In this document: positions 39,205-51,789 of the stretch, in pieces
Layout: each line of letters starts with the position of its first letter
Numbering within the stretch: the stretch's first letter is position 1
DNA from: Chiloscyllium plagiosum
Lineage: Eukaryota
Length of the DNA stretch: 64,000 nucleotides
Reading direction: 5' to 3'
NCBI RefSeq assembly: GCF_004010195.1
Contig: NC_057719.1
Location: forward strand, 50,014,302 to 50,078,301
Position numbers and translations under genes: made by a program
Notes under the pieces: model-generated
The model's input: the letters and a program-made list of their open reading frames with translations, nothing else
What the model was told of the DNA's origin: nothing
The model's database searches: none

Positions 39205-39474
39205 CTTCTGATTCGAGTTCCTCAGCTGTGTTTGTTGGTGGTGCTGTGGGCTCTACAGATGGCACAATGGTTGTCAGTAACAGAAGCAGTGTTCTTTCTG
39301 AAACTTCAGATGCCGTTGTAGAGATTTTCTTATCTTTCCTTGGTGTGGTTTGTTTTGCACCGATGTCTCCTGTAACTGCTTGGTTTATGTTTGTACTCAC
39401 TGCTTCAGCACTCAGCAGCATTGTTTCTGTAGGAGTTACAGATGCAATTTCTTTTGTGGGAATTGTATTCACTG
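39205..39474 (-). CDS. ARMH4: ARMH4 Ser/Thr-rich stalk exon (270 or 267 nt)
   Basis: Acceptor ttttcattacag|cag| and donor tcagaag|gtacac, phase 1-1. Open frame '(A)VNTIPTK...AEELESE'. Confidence 0.85.
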
Positions 39475-39624
39475 CTGTAATGAAAATACTTGAAAGTTTA
39501 ACACAAACAGCTCAACATAAAATTTATAAGAGCTATAAATAAATAGGAACAGGAGTAGGCCATTCGGCCCCTTGAGCCTGCTCTGCCTTTCAGTCAGATC
39601 ATGGCTAAACTGATATTCCTCATG

Positions 39625-40717
39625 GTTCTGGATTAGTGGTGCTGGAAGAGCACAGCAGTTCAGGCAGCATCCAAGGAGCAGCGAAATCGACATTTCGGGC
39701 AAAAGCCCTTCATCAGGAATAAAGGCAGAGAGCCTGAAGCGTGGAGAGATAAGCTAGAGGGGGGTGGGGGGGGGGAGAANNNNNNNNNNNNNNNNNNNNN
39801 NNNNNNNNNNNNNNNNNNNNNNNNNNNNNNNNNNNNNNNNNNNNNNNNNNNNNNNNNNNNNNNNNNNNNNNNNNNNNNNNNNNNNNNNNNNNNNNNNNNN
39901 NNNNNNNNNNNNNNNNNNNNNNNNNNNNNNNNNNNNNNNNNNNNNNNNNNNNNNNNNNNNNNNNNNNNNNNNNNNNNNNNNNNNNNNNNNNNNNNNNNNN
40001 NNNNNNNNNNNNNNNNNNNNNNNNNNNNNNNNNNNNNNNNNNNNNNNNNNNNNNNNNNNNNNNNNNNNNNNNNNNNNNNNNNNNNNNNNNNNNNNNNNNN
40101 NNNNNNNNNNNNNNNNNNNNNNNNNNNNNNNNNNNNNNNNNNNNNNNNNNNNNNNNNNNNNNNNNNNNNNNNNNNNNNNNNNNNNNNNNNNNNNNNNNNN
40201 NNNNNNNNNNNNNNNNNNNNNNNNNNNNNNNNNNNNNNNNNNNNNNNNNNNNNNNNNNNNNNNNNNNNNNNNNNNNNNNNNNNNNNNNNNNNNNNNNNNN
40301 NNNNNNNNNNNNNNNNNNNNNNNNNNNNNNNNNNNNNNNNNNNNNNNNNNNNNNNNNNNNNNNNNNNNNNNNNNNNNNNNNNNNNNNNNNNNNNNNNNNN
40401 NNNNNNNNNNNNNNNNNNNNNNNNNNNNNNNNNNNNNNNNNNNNNNNNNNNNNNNNNNNNNNNNNNNNNNNNNNNNNNNNNAAGCCATCTGATGTGTTCT
40501 GTGGTGGAACTGGTCCTCCTGGGAGCAGATACGGCGGAGGCGGAGGAATTGGGAATATGGAATGGCATTTGTGTAAGAGGTGGGGTGGGAAGAGGTGTAA
40601 TCCAGGTAGCTGTGGGAATTGGTGGGTTTGTAAAAAATGTCAGTGTCAAGTCGGTCGTCGTTAATGGAGGTGGAGAGGTCCAGGAAGGGGAGGGAGGTGT
40701 CAGCGATGGTCCAGGTA
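39625..40717 (-). mobile_element. Penelope-like element fragment (RT C-terminus, gap, pLTR) with 12-bp TSD
   Basis: 'LPFLDLS...TDIFYKPTNSHSYLDYTSSHP...AIPYSQFLRLRRICS'. TSD atattcctcatg at 39613-39624 and 40718-40729. Hammerhead motif at 39685-39720. Confidence 0.88.
39780..40481. other. Assembly gap (N run)
   Basis: Run of N. Confidence 1.
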
Positions 40718-41709
40718 ATATTCCTCATGTCCATTTTTCTGCCCTTTCTCTATAATTGCTGAATCTTCTACTGATCAAGAATCTATCTAGCTCAGCCTTA
40801 AATATACAGAAGGAGTCTGCCTCCAAAGCTCTCAGTGGCAAAGAGTTCCAAAGACTGACAACTACCTGACAGAAGAAATTCCACATCATCACAGTCTTAA
40901 ATTGCAGCCCCTTTATTTTGAGACTATTCCCTCGGTCCTAGATTCTCCCATGAGAGGGAAAACATCCTCTCAGCATTTATCCTGTTAAGACCCTTAAGTA
41001 TCCTATATGTTTCAATGAGGTCACTTTTCATCCTTCTAAATTCCACTGAGTGGAATCCAAGCCTTTGCTCCTAAGGCAATCTCTCCATATTGGGGATCAT
41101 CCCTGTGAACTTTCTCCAAACTTCCTCCAATGAAATGTTATCTTTCATTAAATAAGGGGATCAACACTGCTCACAGTACTCCAGATTTGGTATCACCACA
41201 TCTTGCACAGTTGCAGTAAGACTTCCACACTCTTATACTCCAACCCTCTTAAAATAAGGGCCAACATTTCATTATCCTTCCTGATTACCTGCTGCACCCT
41301 GTGCGCTAGTTTTATGTGTTTTGTCCACAAGTACCCCTAAATCCCTTTGTGTTGCAGCTTTCTGTAGTTTTTCTCCATTTAAATAATATTAAGTTCTTTA
41401 GTTCTCCCTTCCAAAATGAACAACTTCACATTTTCCTACATTATACTCCATATATCAACTTTCTGCCCACTTTAACATTCCAATAATTCCTTATAAACTG
41501 TTTTATCACTCACGAGCTACCTTTCCACCTAATTTTGTGTCATCTACAAATTACCAAGGTAATTTCAAGCAACATGCCTCACACTCAGCAGTGCACCGCT
41601 ACCTCAGCTGTGGATATTGTCGTCATACCATATCAAAATAGCCAAAAGCAAAAGCAAAAGTATAAACAAAAGTGCACAAAGGCACACATTGGCAGCGTGG
41701 ATGTTCAGG

Positions 41710-43492
41710 AAGGCAAAGAGGAGATATGAGTTAGCCTTGGCAGATAAGGTTAAAGATAATCCAAGAAGACTCTACAAATAGATTACGAGCAAGACAGCAA
41801 CTAGATAGAGTTGGGATCTTAAAGATCAACGAGGTTGACTTTGCATTGAACCTCGGGAAATGAGAGAGTTATTAAATGAATATTTTGCATCTGTTTTTAC
41901 TTTTCAGAAAGAAATGGAGGCTAGAGAACTCAGGGAAATAAATACTGCTGTTTTGAAAACAGTTCGCACTACAGAAGATGAAGTGCTGGAGGTCTTAGAA
42001 AATATAATGGTGAATAAATCTCCAGGACCTGATCAAGTGTATCCCAGGACGTAATGGGAAGTTAGGGAGGAAATTGCAGGATCCCTCGCAGAAATATTTA
42101 TATAATCTATAAACACAGTACCTGAGAGGTGGAGGGCAGCTAATGTTGTGCCATTGTTTAAGAAAGGTTGTAAGCAGCAGCCTGGAAACTACAGACCTGT
42201 GAGTTTGACATCAGTGGTGGGTAAGTTGCTATAGCTGATTCTGAATGCTAGGATATACATGCATTTGGAGAGGCAAGTATTGTTTAGAGACAGTCAGTAT
42301 GGTTTTGTGCGGGAAAATTGATTGAGATTTTTAATGAAGTAACCAAAATGATTCATGAGGGCAGAGCGGTAAACATTGTGTACTTGGACTTTAGCAAAGC
42401 CTTTGATAAGGTTCCGCATAATATACTAATTAGTAACGTTAGATCACATGGGATTCAGGGTGAGCTTGCCAATTGGATACAAAATTGGCTTTACAGTAGG
42501 AGACAGAGGGTGGTGGTAGAGGGTGGTTTCTCGGACTGGAGGCCTGTGACCAGAGGTATTCCAGGGAGTTTGGTACTGGTCCATTTTTGTTTGTCATTTA
42601 TATAAATAATTTGGATGAGAATACAGAAGATATGATTAGAAGGTTTGCAGATGACACCAAAATTGGTAGAGTGGTGGTAGCGTGTACAGTGAGGAAGGTT
42701 ATCTAAGATTACGAAGAGATCTTGATCAACTGGGTCAATAGGCTGTGGAGTGGCAGATGGACTTTAATTTGGATAACTGTGAGGTACTGCATTTTGGTAA
42801 TACAAACAAGAGCAGGACTTATTGACATTTAATGATAGGCCCTAGGTAGTGTTGTAGAACAGAGAGACCTACGGGTTCAGGTAGATAATTCTTTGAAATT
42901 TGTGCCACAGGTAGACAGGGTTATTAGGAAGGCATTTAGCATGCTTGCCTTCATTGCTCAGACCTTTGAGTATAAGCATTGGGATGTCATGTTGAGATTG
43001 TATGGGACATTTGTGAGGCCTCTTCTGGATTACTTTGTGCAGTTCTGGTCACCCTGTTATAGGAAGGATATTATTAAACTGGAGAGGGTTCAGAAAAAAT
43101 TTACCTGGATGTTATCAAGAATGAAGGTTTGAGATAAAAAAAATAGACTAGAAAGCCTGGGACATTTTTCATGGGAGCGTAGGAGGTTGAGGGCTAACCT
43201 TAATAAGGTTTATAAAATCATGAGGGGTATAGATAAGGTGAATGTCAAGGGTCTTTTCCTGAGGATGGTGGGAGTGGTTTGTGTGTGGAATGAACTGCCA
43301 GAGAAAATGGTGGATGCAGGTACAGTTACAGCGTTTAAAAAACATTTGGATGATTTCATGAATAGGAAAGGTTGGGAGAGATATGGGCTAAGTACAGGCA
43401 GGTGGGAATAGTTTAGTTTGGGAACATGGGGTCAGCATGAGCTGGTTGGGCTGACGGGTCTGTTTCCAGGCTGCATGACTATATGACTCTGA
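41710..43492 (+). mobile_element. CR1 LINE ORF2 RT region and 3' end, decayed
   Basis: 'LNEYFASVFT', 'KSPGPDQVYPR', 'YLDFSKAFDKVPH', 'FADDTKIG' and 'VQFWSPCYRKD'. Confidence 0.9.
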
Positions 43493-43599
43493 ACATGACT
43501 TTGGTCCACACTTCTGCACTATTAAATAGTTTTCATTTTATTAATTGATAGTGGCTGGTATTGTTGTCAGCATCTCTTTAACAGAATGATGGTCACTTG

Positions 43600-45100
43600 C
43601 ATAATATGTTGTAAGTTTTTATGGCTGAACAAAGAATATTCATAGCACCATGATTTGTCTGCCAAGGATGGAGTACCTGGCTGGCGGACATTGGTGAAGT
43701 GCTGTCAGGTGGAGTTGCTGAGGTTCTGTGAGTGTAAGGCCAAGACATTTTTTGCCTTCTGAAATGCATCATACCTGCTAGAATCTATCTGAAATGACAG
43801 AATCACATTTCTCCATTCCACTGGCTTCTGGTGCTGGAAGCCCAATACGCAAGTCTGTCTGCTCTATGTCACTATCACCCCAATCTTTCTCATCAGATAA
43901 GGAGTCTACTCCTCTATGTCCATCAAGTCCTCCGCTGTGAGAGAATGTGCAGGGCAAAACAAAATACTATATTTCTCAAGACACTCTGCAGGACATTTGG
44001 AGGGGTGCAGTGGAACCTCATTTTCCACATTACAACCATGTACTCTATTGTGGTCCTTGCACTGCCATTGGATGCATTGTCATGCATCTCAGGTGGAAGC
44101 CAAGAATTTCTTAATGGTGTCATCAGTCAAGTTTTGAAATTATAGCTCCTTTTACCCAGAATCCACTTCTGCAGGTGTCTTAAATGAACTTCAACACCTA
44201 GAGTTGTAAAGAAAGTATGAATGATGACAGCTCTCTGACAATTGAGCATATACATGGAGGGTTCATCTTCTGCAGTCATAGACGAATGCCACATTGATGT
44301 CAGAAATGGTGATAAATATTGGTGTTGACAAATGCTAGAGGTTAGTCTCAAGAAGCTCTGATTGTCAAATGCTTGTAGTTGATTATTCCCTGCACATATA
44401 GGGAATGACACTGAAGCTCACAGATCTTTTAGTTTGGCTCTCTGGATCTGTTCTGAAGAGCACAAACTCTCTAGTTTTTTTGAGGAGATTTGTCATTTGT
44501 CCAGCTGCCAGACATGAGCCTCTATACATCTGAAAAGAGCTACTGGTTGAGGGTCACTGCTGCAATGACTTTTAAAGCCCCTGGCTTTGGGTTCCCTCCC
44601 AGTCCAGGGACTGAAGCACATCCTGAAGGAGATCACACATATCAGTAACCTCATCTCTGGATATCCTCAGCCAGAGTTGGCATTGTCACCTGAGATGGTT
44701 GAGGTGGGAATGCTAAACTCTGAGATATAGCATTGTTCCAAATGGGACTGGACCATAATTGTAGCTCAGCTGACTGCCTTCAGCAACAGACCCGACCACA
44801 GGTGACAACCCTTTTGTAGTACTCCCATTTCTACCCTCCTCCTCTACTCAAGGTTCCTTCTGGATAATACCCATTTAGCCTGTAGAAGTCCAGCTCTGTA
44901 AAGGGGACTTCGCCTTCATCAAAGACCTTGGCACTGTAGCTCAATGGCTGTCCAGTTTTCACCTTGGTCTTGGCAGAGCTCACCTTGATGTTGCTCTCAG
45001 AGTTGCATTGAATTTCCTTGAAGTGACACTTGACCTTTATTTGCAATTAACCTTCCCTCAGTGACTCTCAGTCTTCTCTTCAACACACTTAACTTCCCTC
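43600..45100 (-). mobile_element. Possible highly degenerate Tx1/L1-clade LINE remnant
   Basis: Only fragmentary motifs: a 'QPLS' segment near 44940, an 'ASGAKLN'-like segment near 44440 and 'NVLQSVL' near 43990. Confidence 0.3.
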
Positions 45101-47052
45101 CGATGACCCCTCAACTTCTCTTCATTTTTTGACTTTCCCTCAGTGCATCTCCACCCTCCTGCAATGTTCTTCAGCTTCCTCTCCCCTATACCAAAAGAAT
45201 CCAAGTGGTGACGGACAGCTCCAACTCAGTCTCCTATAGCCTTGACGTCAGCCTCGTCTGCTCACTGGCAGCTTTAAGCAGTTGTAAGAGCGAAAGCCTG
45301 CAATTTCCATGCACCATCAACTTAATGACCAAGGTAGCATTTAATGGCTCCAGGCTCAATTCATTTCCTGCAAAACCATTAAAATTCCCTGCCCACATGT
45401 GCTGTCAGCTTTGCTGTCCTGTTTCTGTCCCAATATCAGGAACCTGGCACTGCATTCTCTATGCTGTATAAAATCCTGCCTATACCTTTCCTCGCGCTCT
45501 CAGCCAGTGGTAAATTCTGCTTGTAGTTTAATTCCCAGGCTCACAATGAATAAAATCAAGGAACAGTGTGAGCAGAAAAGTTATACTACACCGCACCCTC
45601 CTGCAAACATAAAACAACTGAGTGCAATGCAACAATCAATGGGAGCGTAAGAAACATAATTAATAAATGATTCTGCAGTATTCTAAGAACAAGATGAAGC
45701 TCTGAAGTAGTGAAAATTGAAACTACAGTACTGGCTTCCTTGTTCATCTCAATGGAAGCAAGGAACCAGGAAATACACCATTAGCAAATTCAAAACCAAC
45801 TTCCTTTAATAAAACAAACTAACAACAATGTTTATGCACATCCACATGCAGATCGCACTGAAGAACAGAAATATAAAAATAGGAAAAAATGTTTTCCTTC
45901 ACCTGCACTACCCGAAGGAGGTTCATTATTTCATCATCAGCTAGACCTTTTGTCACTACTAGTTTGCTATTGTCTTCCACTCTCAGAGGCAGAATAGAAA
46001 AGGCATTTTTTAACTCTATCCCATCTAGTGTAGGAAGCAAATGCTTCTTGTTGTTATTAATCTGAATGATACAAGCCATTTTACCAACTGAAATAAACAG
46101 TTCCTATGTAAAACTTATTGTATATAAAGAACAATTCTTATAACATGACAGGGAGTGCAATTTGCCAACACACCAAAACATGAACTAAAATTAACATCAA
46201 TACAGTTTGAGATTGTACAGTATCACACCGACTGTATATATAACCAACAGGGCAATTCCAGGAAGACAAATCTACAACTGCCTCATAAGGATTCTGAGTG
46301 AACAATACACTCACCACTAGAGACCTACATTAGCAGATGACTGTATATGAACAGTACATTATGGTTATTATCTTATGCGGTGTTTGAGATAATGTGAGTG
46401 AACATGCCATTTTCTTCCCCCTTCATTCATTGTATTTGTTTCTTCTGCTCTGAAACTCCTTTGGTGGAAAAAATGTTCAACAATAATATTTGACATTTTA
46501 AAATTGACAGGCAGTCCTTCTGTTAAGCAGTAATGATATATTATGCATTGTGGAAGGTGAGATGACTCAATAGTATACATGTTCCAAGAAACATTAAAGA
46601 TGTGCAAAACGTATCTAGTGCAAAGGGAATGAAGGGAAGCGAAATAGGCAGAAGTAAGCAATTTCCCCACCTCAAAGCTTGCTACAACAGTCAAAAGATC
46701 ATGGCTGATCTGTTTGTGTTTTGAATTCCAGACTCACATCTCAACCTGCCCAACAAGAATCTATTCACTTCTGTCTTAAAAATATTCAATGACATCTCCT
46801 CCACTGCCATCAGAGGCATATAGTTCCAAAATCACGCAATACTGGGCAAAATAAAATCTCATCTCTGCCTAAAAGGGCAACACCTAATTTAAAAACATTG
46901 CCCCTACTCCTAGACTGAACCACAACAGAAAACATCATTTTCATGTTCACCTTGTCAAATCCATTCAGGATCTCATACTCCTTAATCAAGTCATCCCCCA
47001 CTCTTCTAAACTCCAGTGCAAACAAGCCGAACTTGTCCATCCTAACCTCATA

Positions 47053-47951
47053 GGAGAAAGTGAGGTCTGCAGATGCTGGAGATCAGAGCTAAAAATGTGT
47101 TGCTGGAACAGCGCAGCAGGTCAGGCAGCATCCAGGGAACAGGAGAATCGACGTTTCGGGCATAAGCCCTTCTTCAGGAGGACTACACCTCCTCCCACCC
47201 TGCCCCCTGTAAAAACGCCATCCCATTCTCCCAATTCCTTCTTCTCCGCCGCATCTGCTCCCAGGAGGACCAGTTCCAAAAACGTACAACCCAGATGGCC
47301 TCCTTCTTCAAGGACCGCAATTTCCCCCCGGGGTGGGGGCGGAGAGGTCGGGAAGAAGATTGCAGGTTAGGAAGGCGGTGCTGAATTCGATGGATTTGAC
47401 TGAGACAAGGTGGGGGCGGGGGGATGAGGGTACTGGTGAAATCCGAGTTCATCCCTTGTGGAGGTACAGGTGAATCTGTGGCGGATATGGAACTTCCATA
47501 TCCGCCACAGATTCACCTGTACCTCCACACATCTCATCTATTGCATCCTCTGCACCCGATGTGGCCTCCTCTCTATTGGGGAGACAGGCCGGCTACTTGT
47601 GGAGCGTTTCAGAGAACACCTCTGGGGCACCCGGACCAACCAACCCAACCACCCTGTGGCTCAACATTTCAATTCCCCCTCCCACTCCACCAAGGATATG
47701 CAGGTCTTTGGACTCCTCCATCGCCAGACCACAACAAAACGACGGTTGGAGGAAGAGCGCCTCATCTTCCGCCTAGGAACCCTCCAACCACACGGGATGA
47801 ACTCGGATTTCACCAATTTCCTCATTTCCCCCCCCCCCACCTTGTCTCAGTCAAATCCATTCCTGAAGAAGGGCTTATGCCCGAAACGTCGATTCTCCTG
47901 TTCCCTGGATGCTGCCTGATCTGCTGCGCTGTTCCAGCAACACATTTTCAG
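47053..47951. mobile_element. Rearranged Penelope-like insert with inverted pLTR ends and 15-bp TSD
   Basis: TSD catcctaacctcata at 47038-47052 and 47952-47966. RT piece 'DYTSSHP..KNAIP', GIY-YIG piece 'LIYCI.C..CGLL.IGETGR.L..RFREH...LGTLQP.GMN'. Hammerhead motifs at 47146-47178(-) and 47859-47894(+). Confidence 0.9.
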
Positions 47952-48465
47952 CATCCTAACCTCATACAACAACCCACTCATTCCAGCTGTTAATGTGGTA
48001 AAACTCCTCTGAATCACTTTCAATGCATTTGCATCCTTCCGTAAATAATGAAACAACATTAATACACACATTATTGAAGATGCAGTCTCACCAATTCTCA
48101 TAATACAGTTACTTTTATGGTCAATACCTCTTATAACAAAGCATAGGAAACCATTAGTCTGCTTGCTTAGTTGTTGTTCCTACATATTAGCTTTTTGTGA
48201 CTTATTCACTAAAGACCTAAATCTCTCTACACCTCTAAACTCTACAGTCCTTCTCCATTTAAATAACACCTTGCTTTCTTACTCTTCCTTCCAAAGTAAC
48301 AAATTGTTAGTGTGTCTAACCAGCTCCTTTTTTTCCACAGCATATTAATCCTTATAGCGACTCCAATAAATTGATTATCTGTGACTGTCCTCTGATGAAA
48401 CCATTCTGACTCTTCCCAATTACATTGAGTTTTTTTTTAACTGCACAGTTACAATCTTGTTAATG

Positions 48466-48638
48466 GAGAAAGTGAGGTCTGCAGATGCTGGAGATCAGAG
48501 ATGGAAATGTGTTGCTGGAAAAGCGCAGCAGGTCAGGCAGCATCTAGGGAACAGGAGAATCGACGTTTCGGGCATTAGCCCTTCTTCAGGAATCAGCCAT
48601 TCCTGAAGAAGGGCTAATGCCCGAAACGTCGATTCTCC
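48466..48638. mobile_element. 173-bp non-coding fold-back pLTR insert with 14-bp TSD
   Basis: TSD caatcttgttaatg at 48452-48465 and 48639-48652. Back-to-back inverted hammerhead motifs at 48558-48593(-) and 48599-48634(+). Confidence 0.9.
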
Positions 48639-49479
48639 CAATCTTGTTAATGATTGATTCTAACACCTACCCCCTAATGCAAGTCAAGCCTATAGTCTCC
48701 TGTTTCTATTCCCTCACTTTGTGAATAAAGAGGCTATATTTGCTACTTTCCAGTCTAACAGAAACTTTTCTAGATCAAGGGAATTTTGGAAAATTAACAC
48801 CAATCCATCTATTACCTAATTAGCAAACTTTTAAGACCCTAGGGTGAAATACATCTGAACCTGCAGCTCCATCAATTTGCTTAGTATCATGTCCCCTCTG
48901 ATTATAATTGCCTAAAGTTCCTTTTTCCCTTCCATACCTGATTTACAACGATTACTGAAATGTTTTCTTTTAATCTCCAGAGTGAAGACAAAAGCAAAAC
49001 TAAATTGTTACTTTCATTCACGATTATCTTATCATCAACTGTTTTCTTTCTCACAGGGCTTTGAGGACACTATATGCTGACCGCTTCCTGATGGATCAGT
49101 GGTCAAAGGTGTTTTCCCTTATAAAAGTTACCATCACTGATGGGTGATATGAAATGGTCTAACTACGTGGCGCATCCACAGCAAAAAGGTCAGATTCATT
49201 CCTTGCAACAGTGGGGATAGGTAGAACCCAGTATATAGTGAGGCCGGCAAAAAACAGGAAACTCTAGGGATATCACAGCATAGGTATTAGAATCAATCAT
49301 TAACAAGATGATAGCCACACACTTAGGAAAACCTCAATGTAATTGGGAAGTGTCAGCACGGTTTCATCAAAGGGTATATCAAGGAATGCAAATCAAGAGC
49401 ATACCATTTTGCACATTAAGGGTTTATGCACAGCTTGATTTGGCACACAAAGACGGCCATCACAGAATTGCTACATACT

Positions 49480-49622
49480 ATCCCTACAGTGTGGAAATAG
49501 GCCATTTGGCCCAACAAGTCCACATTGACGCTCTGAAGAGTAACCCACCCAGTCCAATTCCCCTAAATAATGCAACTAACCTCCACATCCCTGAACACTA
49601 TGGGACAATTTAGCTTGGCCAA
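49480..49622 (-). mobile_element. 3' part of an HE1-type SINE
   Basis: 'ccctacagtgtggaaa...ggcccaacaagtccaca' matches the tails of the other SINE copies. Confidence 0.7.
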
Positions 49623-51125
49623 TAGACAATAGGTGCAGGAGTAGGCCATTTGGCCATTGAGCCAGCACCACCATTCATTATGATCATGGCTGATCATCCA
49701 CAATCAGTATCCTGTTCCTGCCTTATCCCCATAATCCTTGATTCCACTTTCTCTTAGAGCTCTATCCACCTCTTTCTTGAATGTATCCAGAGATTTGGCC
49801 TCCACTGCCTTCTGGGGCAGAGCATTCCATATATCCACCACTCTCTGAGTGAAGAGGTTTCTCCTCAACTCTGTTCTAAATGACTTACACCTTATTTTTA
49901 AGCTGTGTCCTCTGGTTCTGGACTCACCCATCAGCGGAAACATGTTTCCTGCCTCCAGTGTCCAATCCTTTAATAATCTTATATGTCTCAATCAGATCCC
50001 CTCTCATCCTTCTAAACTCAAGTGTATACAAGCTCAGTCGCTCTAACCTTTTAACATATGATAGTTCCGCCATTCCGGTAATTGACCTCGTGAACCTACG
50101 CTGCACTCCCTCAATAGCCAGGAGACCAAAACTGCACACAATACTCCAGATGCAGTCTCACCAGGGCCCTGTACATCTGCAGAAGGACCTCTTTGCTCCT
50201 ATACACAATTCCTCTTGTTATGAAGGCCAGCATGCCATTAGCTTTCTTCACTGCCTGCTGTATCTGCATGCTTGCTTTCATTGACTGATGTACAAGAGCA
50301 CGTACATCTCGTTGTACGTCCCCTTTACCTAATTTGACTCCATCTAGATAGTAATCTGCCTTCCTGTTCTTGCCACCAAAGTGGATAACCACACATTTAT
50401 CCACATTAAACTGCATCTGCCATGCATCTGACCACTCACCCAGCCTGTCCAAGTCACCCTGTATTCTCAAAACATCCTCCTCACATTTCACCCTGCCACC
50501 CAGCTTTGTGTCATCAGCAAATTTGCTAATATTACTTTTAATGCCTTCATCTATATCATTAATGTAAACAGCTGCGGTCTCAGCACCGAACCTTGTGCTA
50601 CCCCAATGGTCACCACCTGCTATTCCGAAAGGGACCGTTTATCACTACTCTTTGCTTCCTGTCAGTCAGCCAATTTTCAATCCAAGTCAGTATATTGCCC
50701 CTAATACCATGTGCCCTAATTTCACTCACTAATCTCCTATGTGGGACTTTATCAAAGAGTTTCTGAAAGTCCAGGTACACTACATCCACTGGCTCTCCCT
50801 TGTCCATCTTCATAGATACATCCTCAAAAAGATCCAGAAGATTAGTCAAGCACGATTTGCCCTTCATAAATCCATGCTGACTCTGACCTATCCTGTTACT
50901 GCTATCCAAATGAATCATAATTTAATTTTTTATAATTGACTCCAGCATCTTTCCCACCACTGACGTCAGGCTAACCAGTCTATAATTCCATGTTTTCTCT
51001 CTCCCTCCCTTCTTGAAAAGTGGGACAACATTAGCCACCCTCCAATCCACAGGAACTGCTCCTGAATTGATACAACATTGGAAAATGATTGCCAATGCTT
51101 CTACGATTTCTAGAGCCACCTTCTT
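49623..51125 (-). mobile_element. CR1 LINE RT region and 3' end
   Basis: 'SQHGFMKGKSCLTNL', 'VYLDFQK.FDKVPH' and '[11 protein letters not shown]'. Close relative of 15106-15673. Confidence 0.92.
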
Positions 51126-51129
51126 CCAC

Positions 51130-51780
51130 AATTACTAGAGCCAATTCTTTCAAGTTTTGTGTCTCCTGCACATTAAGATCCATAGGCAAGGATCCAAGTA
51201 CCAACCTCTGGGAAACCCCAATACAAACATTCATCTAGCACAAAAAATATCCAAAAAGCTTTCTCATGCAGCAAGTGGTCCAGGTTGGAATGCATTGCCT
51301 GGAGCGATGGTGAAGGCAGATTCAATTGAAGTATTCAAGAGAGCATTGGATGATCATGTAGATATCCATTGAACACTGTTTCCTATCACACAGCCAATTT
51401 TGTATCCATATTGCTATTGTCCTCTTTACTCATGCCCTATCATTTTCTTCATGGCGCTATGGTCTGACATTGTATCGAATACCTTTAGAAGCCCATATAC
51501 ACCACACCTCACCTGCTTTGCCCTCATCAATCCTTCTGTTACCTCTTCAAAAGACTCCAGCAAGTTAGTTAGATATGTTTTTCCTTCACCACATCTGTGT
51601 TGACCTTTCCAATTTAACCTGTATTTTTCCATGTGACTATTAATTCTATTCCAAGTAATTATTTCTAGAAGTCTCCCTTCTTCAAAGTTAAAGTGATTGA
51701 TCTGTAATTGTAGGACCGATCTTTTTTGAACAAGGGTGTAATGTTTTCACTTCTCCAGTCTTCCAGCACAACCCCTATAG
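51130..51780 (-). mobile_element. Degenerate CR1 fragments
   Basis: ORF 51426-51632(-) 'LTNLLESFEEVT'. A plus-strand 'WNALP' piece lies at ~51285-51365. Confidence 0.55.
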
Positions 51781-51789
51781 AAAGTCACA

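Larger units (their letters stand above)
39540..41560 (-). mobile_element. CR1 LINE 3' portion hosting a Penelope insert
   Basis: Starts 'aggagtaggccattcggcccctt' (reverse of a CR1 3' end) and continues after 40729 with CR1 RT-like sequence. Confidence 0.8.
46700..49030 (-). mobile_element. Old CR1 LINE hosting two Penelope-derived inserts
   Basis: ORF 46810-47040(-) 'GLFALEFRRVGDDLI' and 47847-48101(-) 'YLRKDANAL.VIQRSFT'. The sequence is continuous across the TSDs. Confidence 0.7.

Noticed and set aside
45819..46079. Minus-strand ORF 'VEDNSKLVVTKGLADDEIMNLLRVVQ' as an extra ARMH4 exon
   Set aside because: Weak GAG acceptor, a phase-0 donor incompatible with the next phase-1 exon, and no Ser/Thr-rich character.
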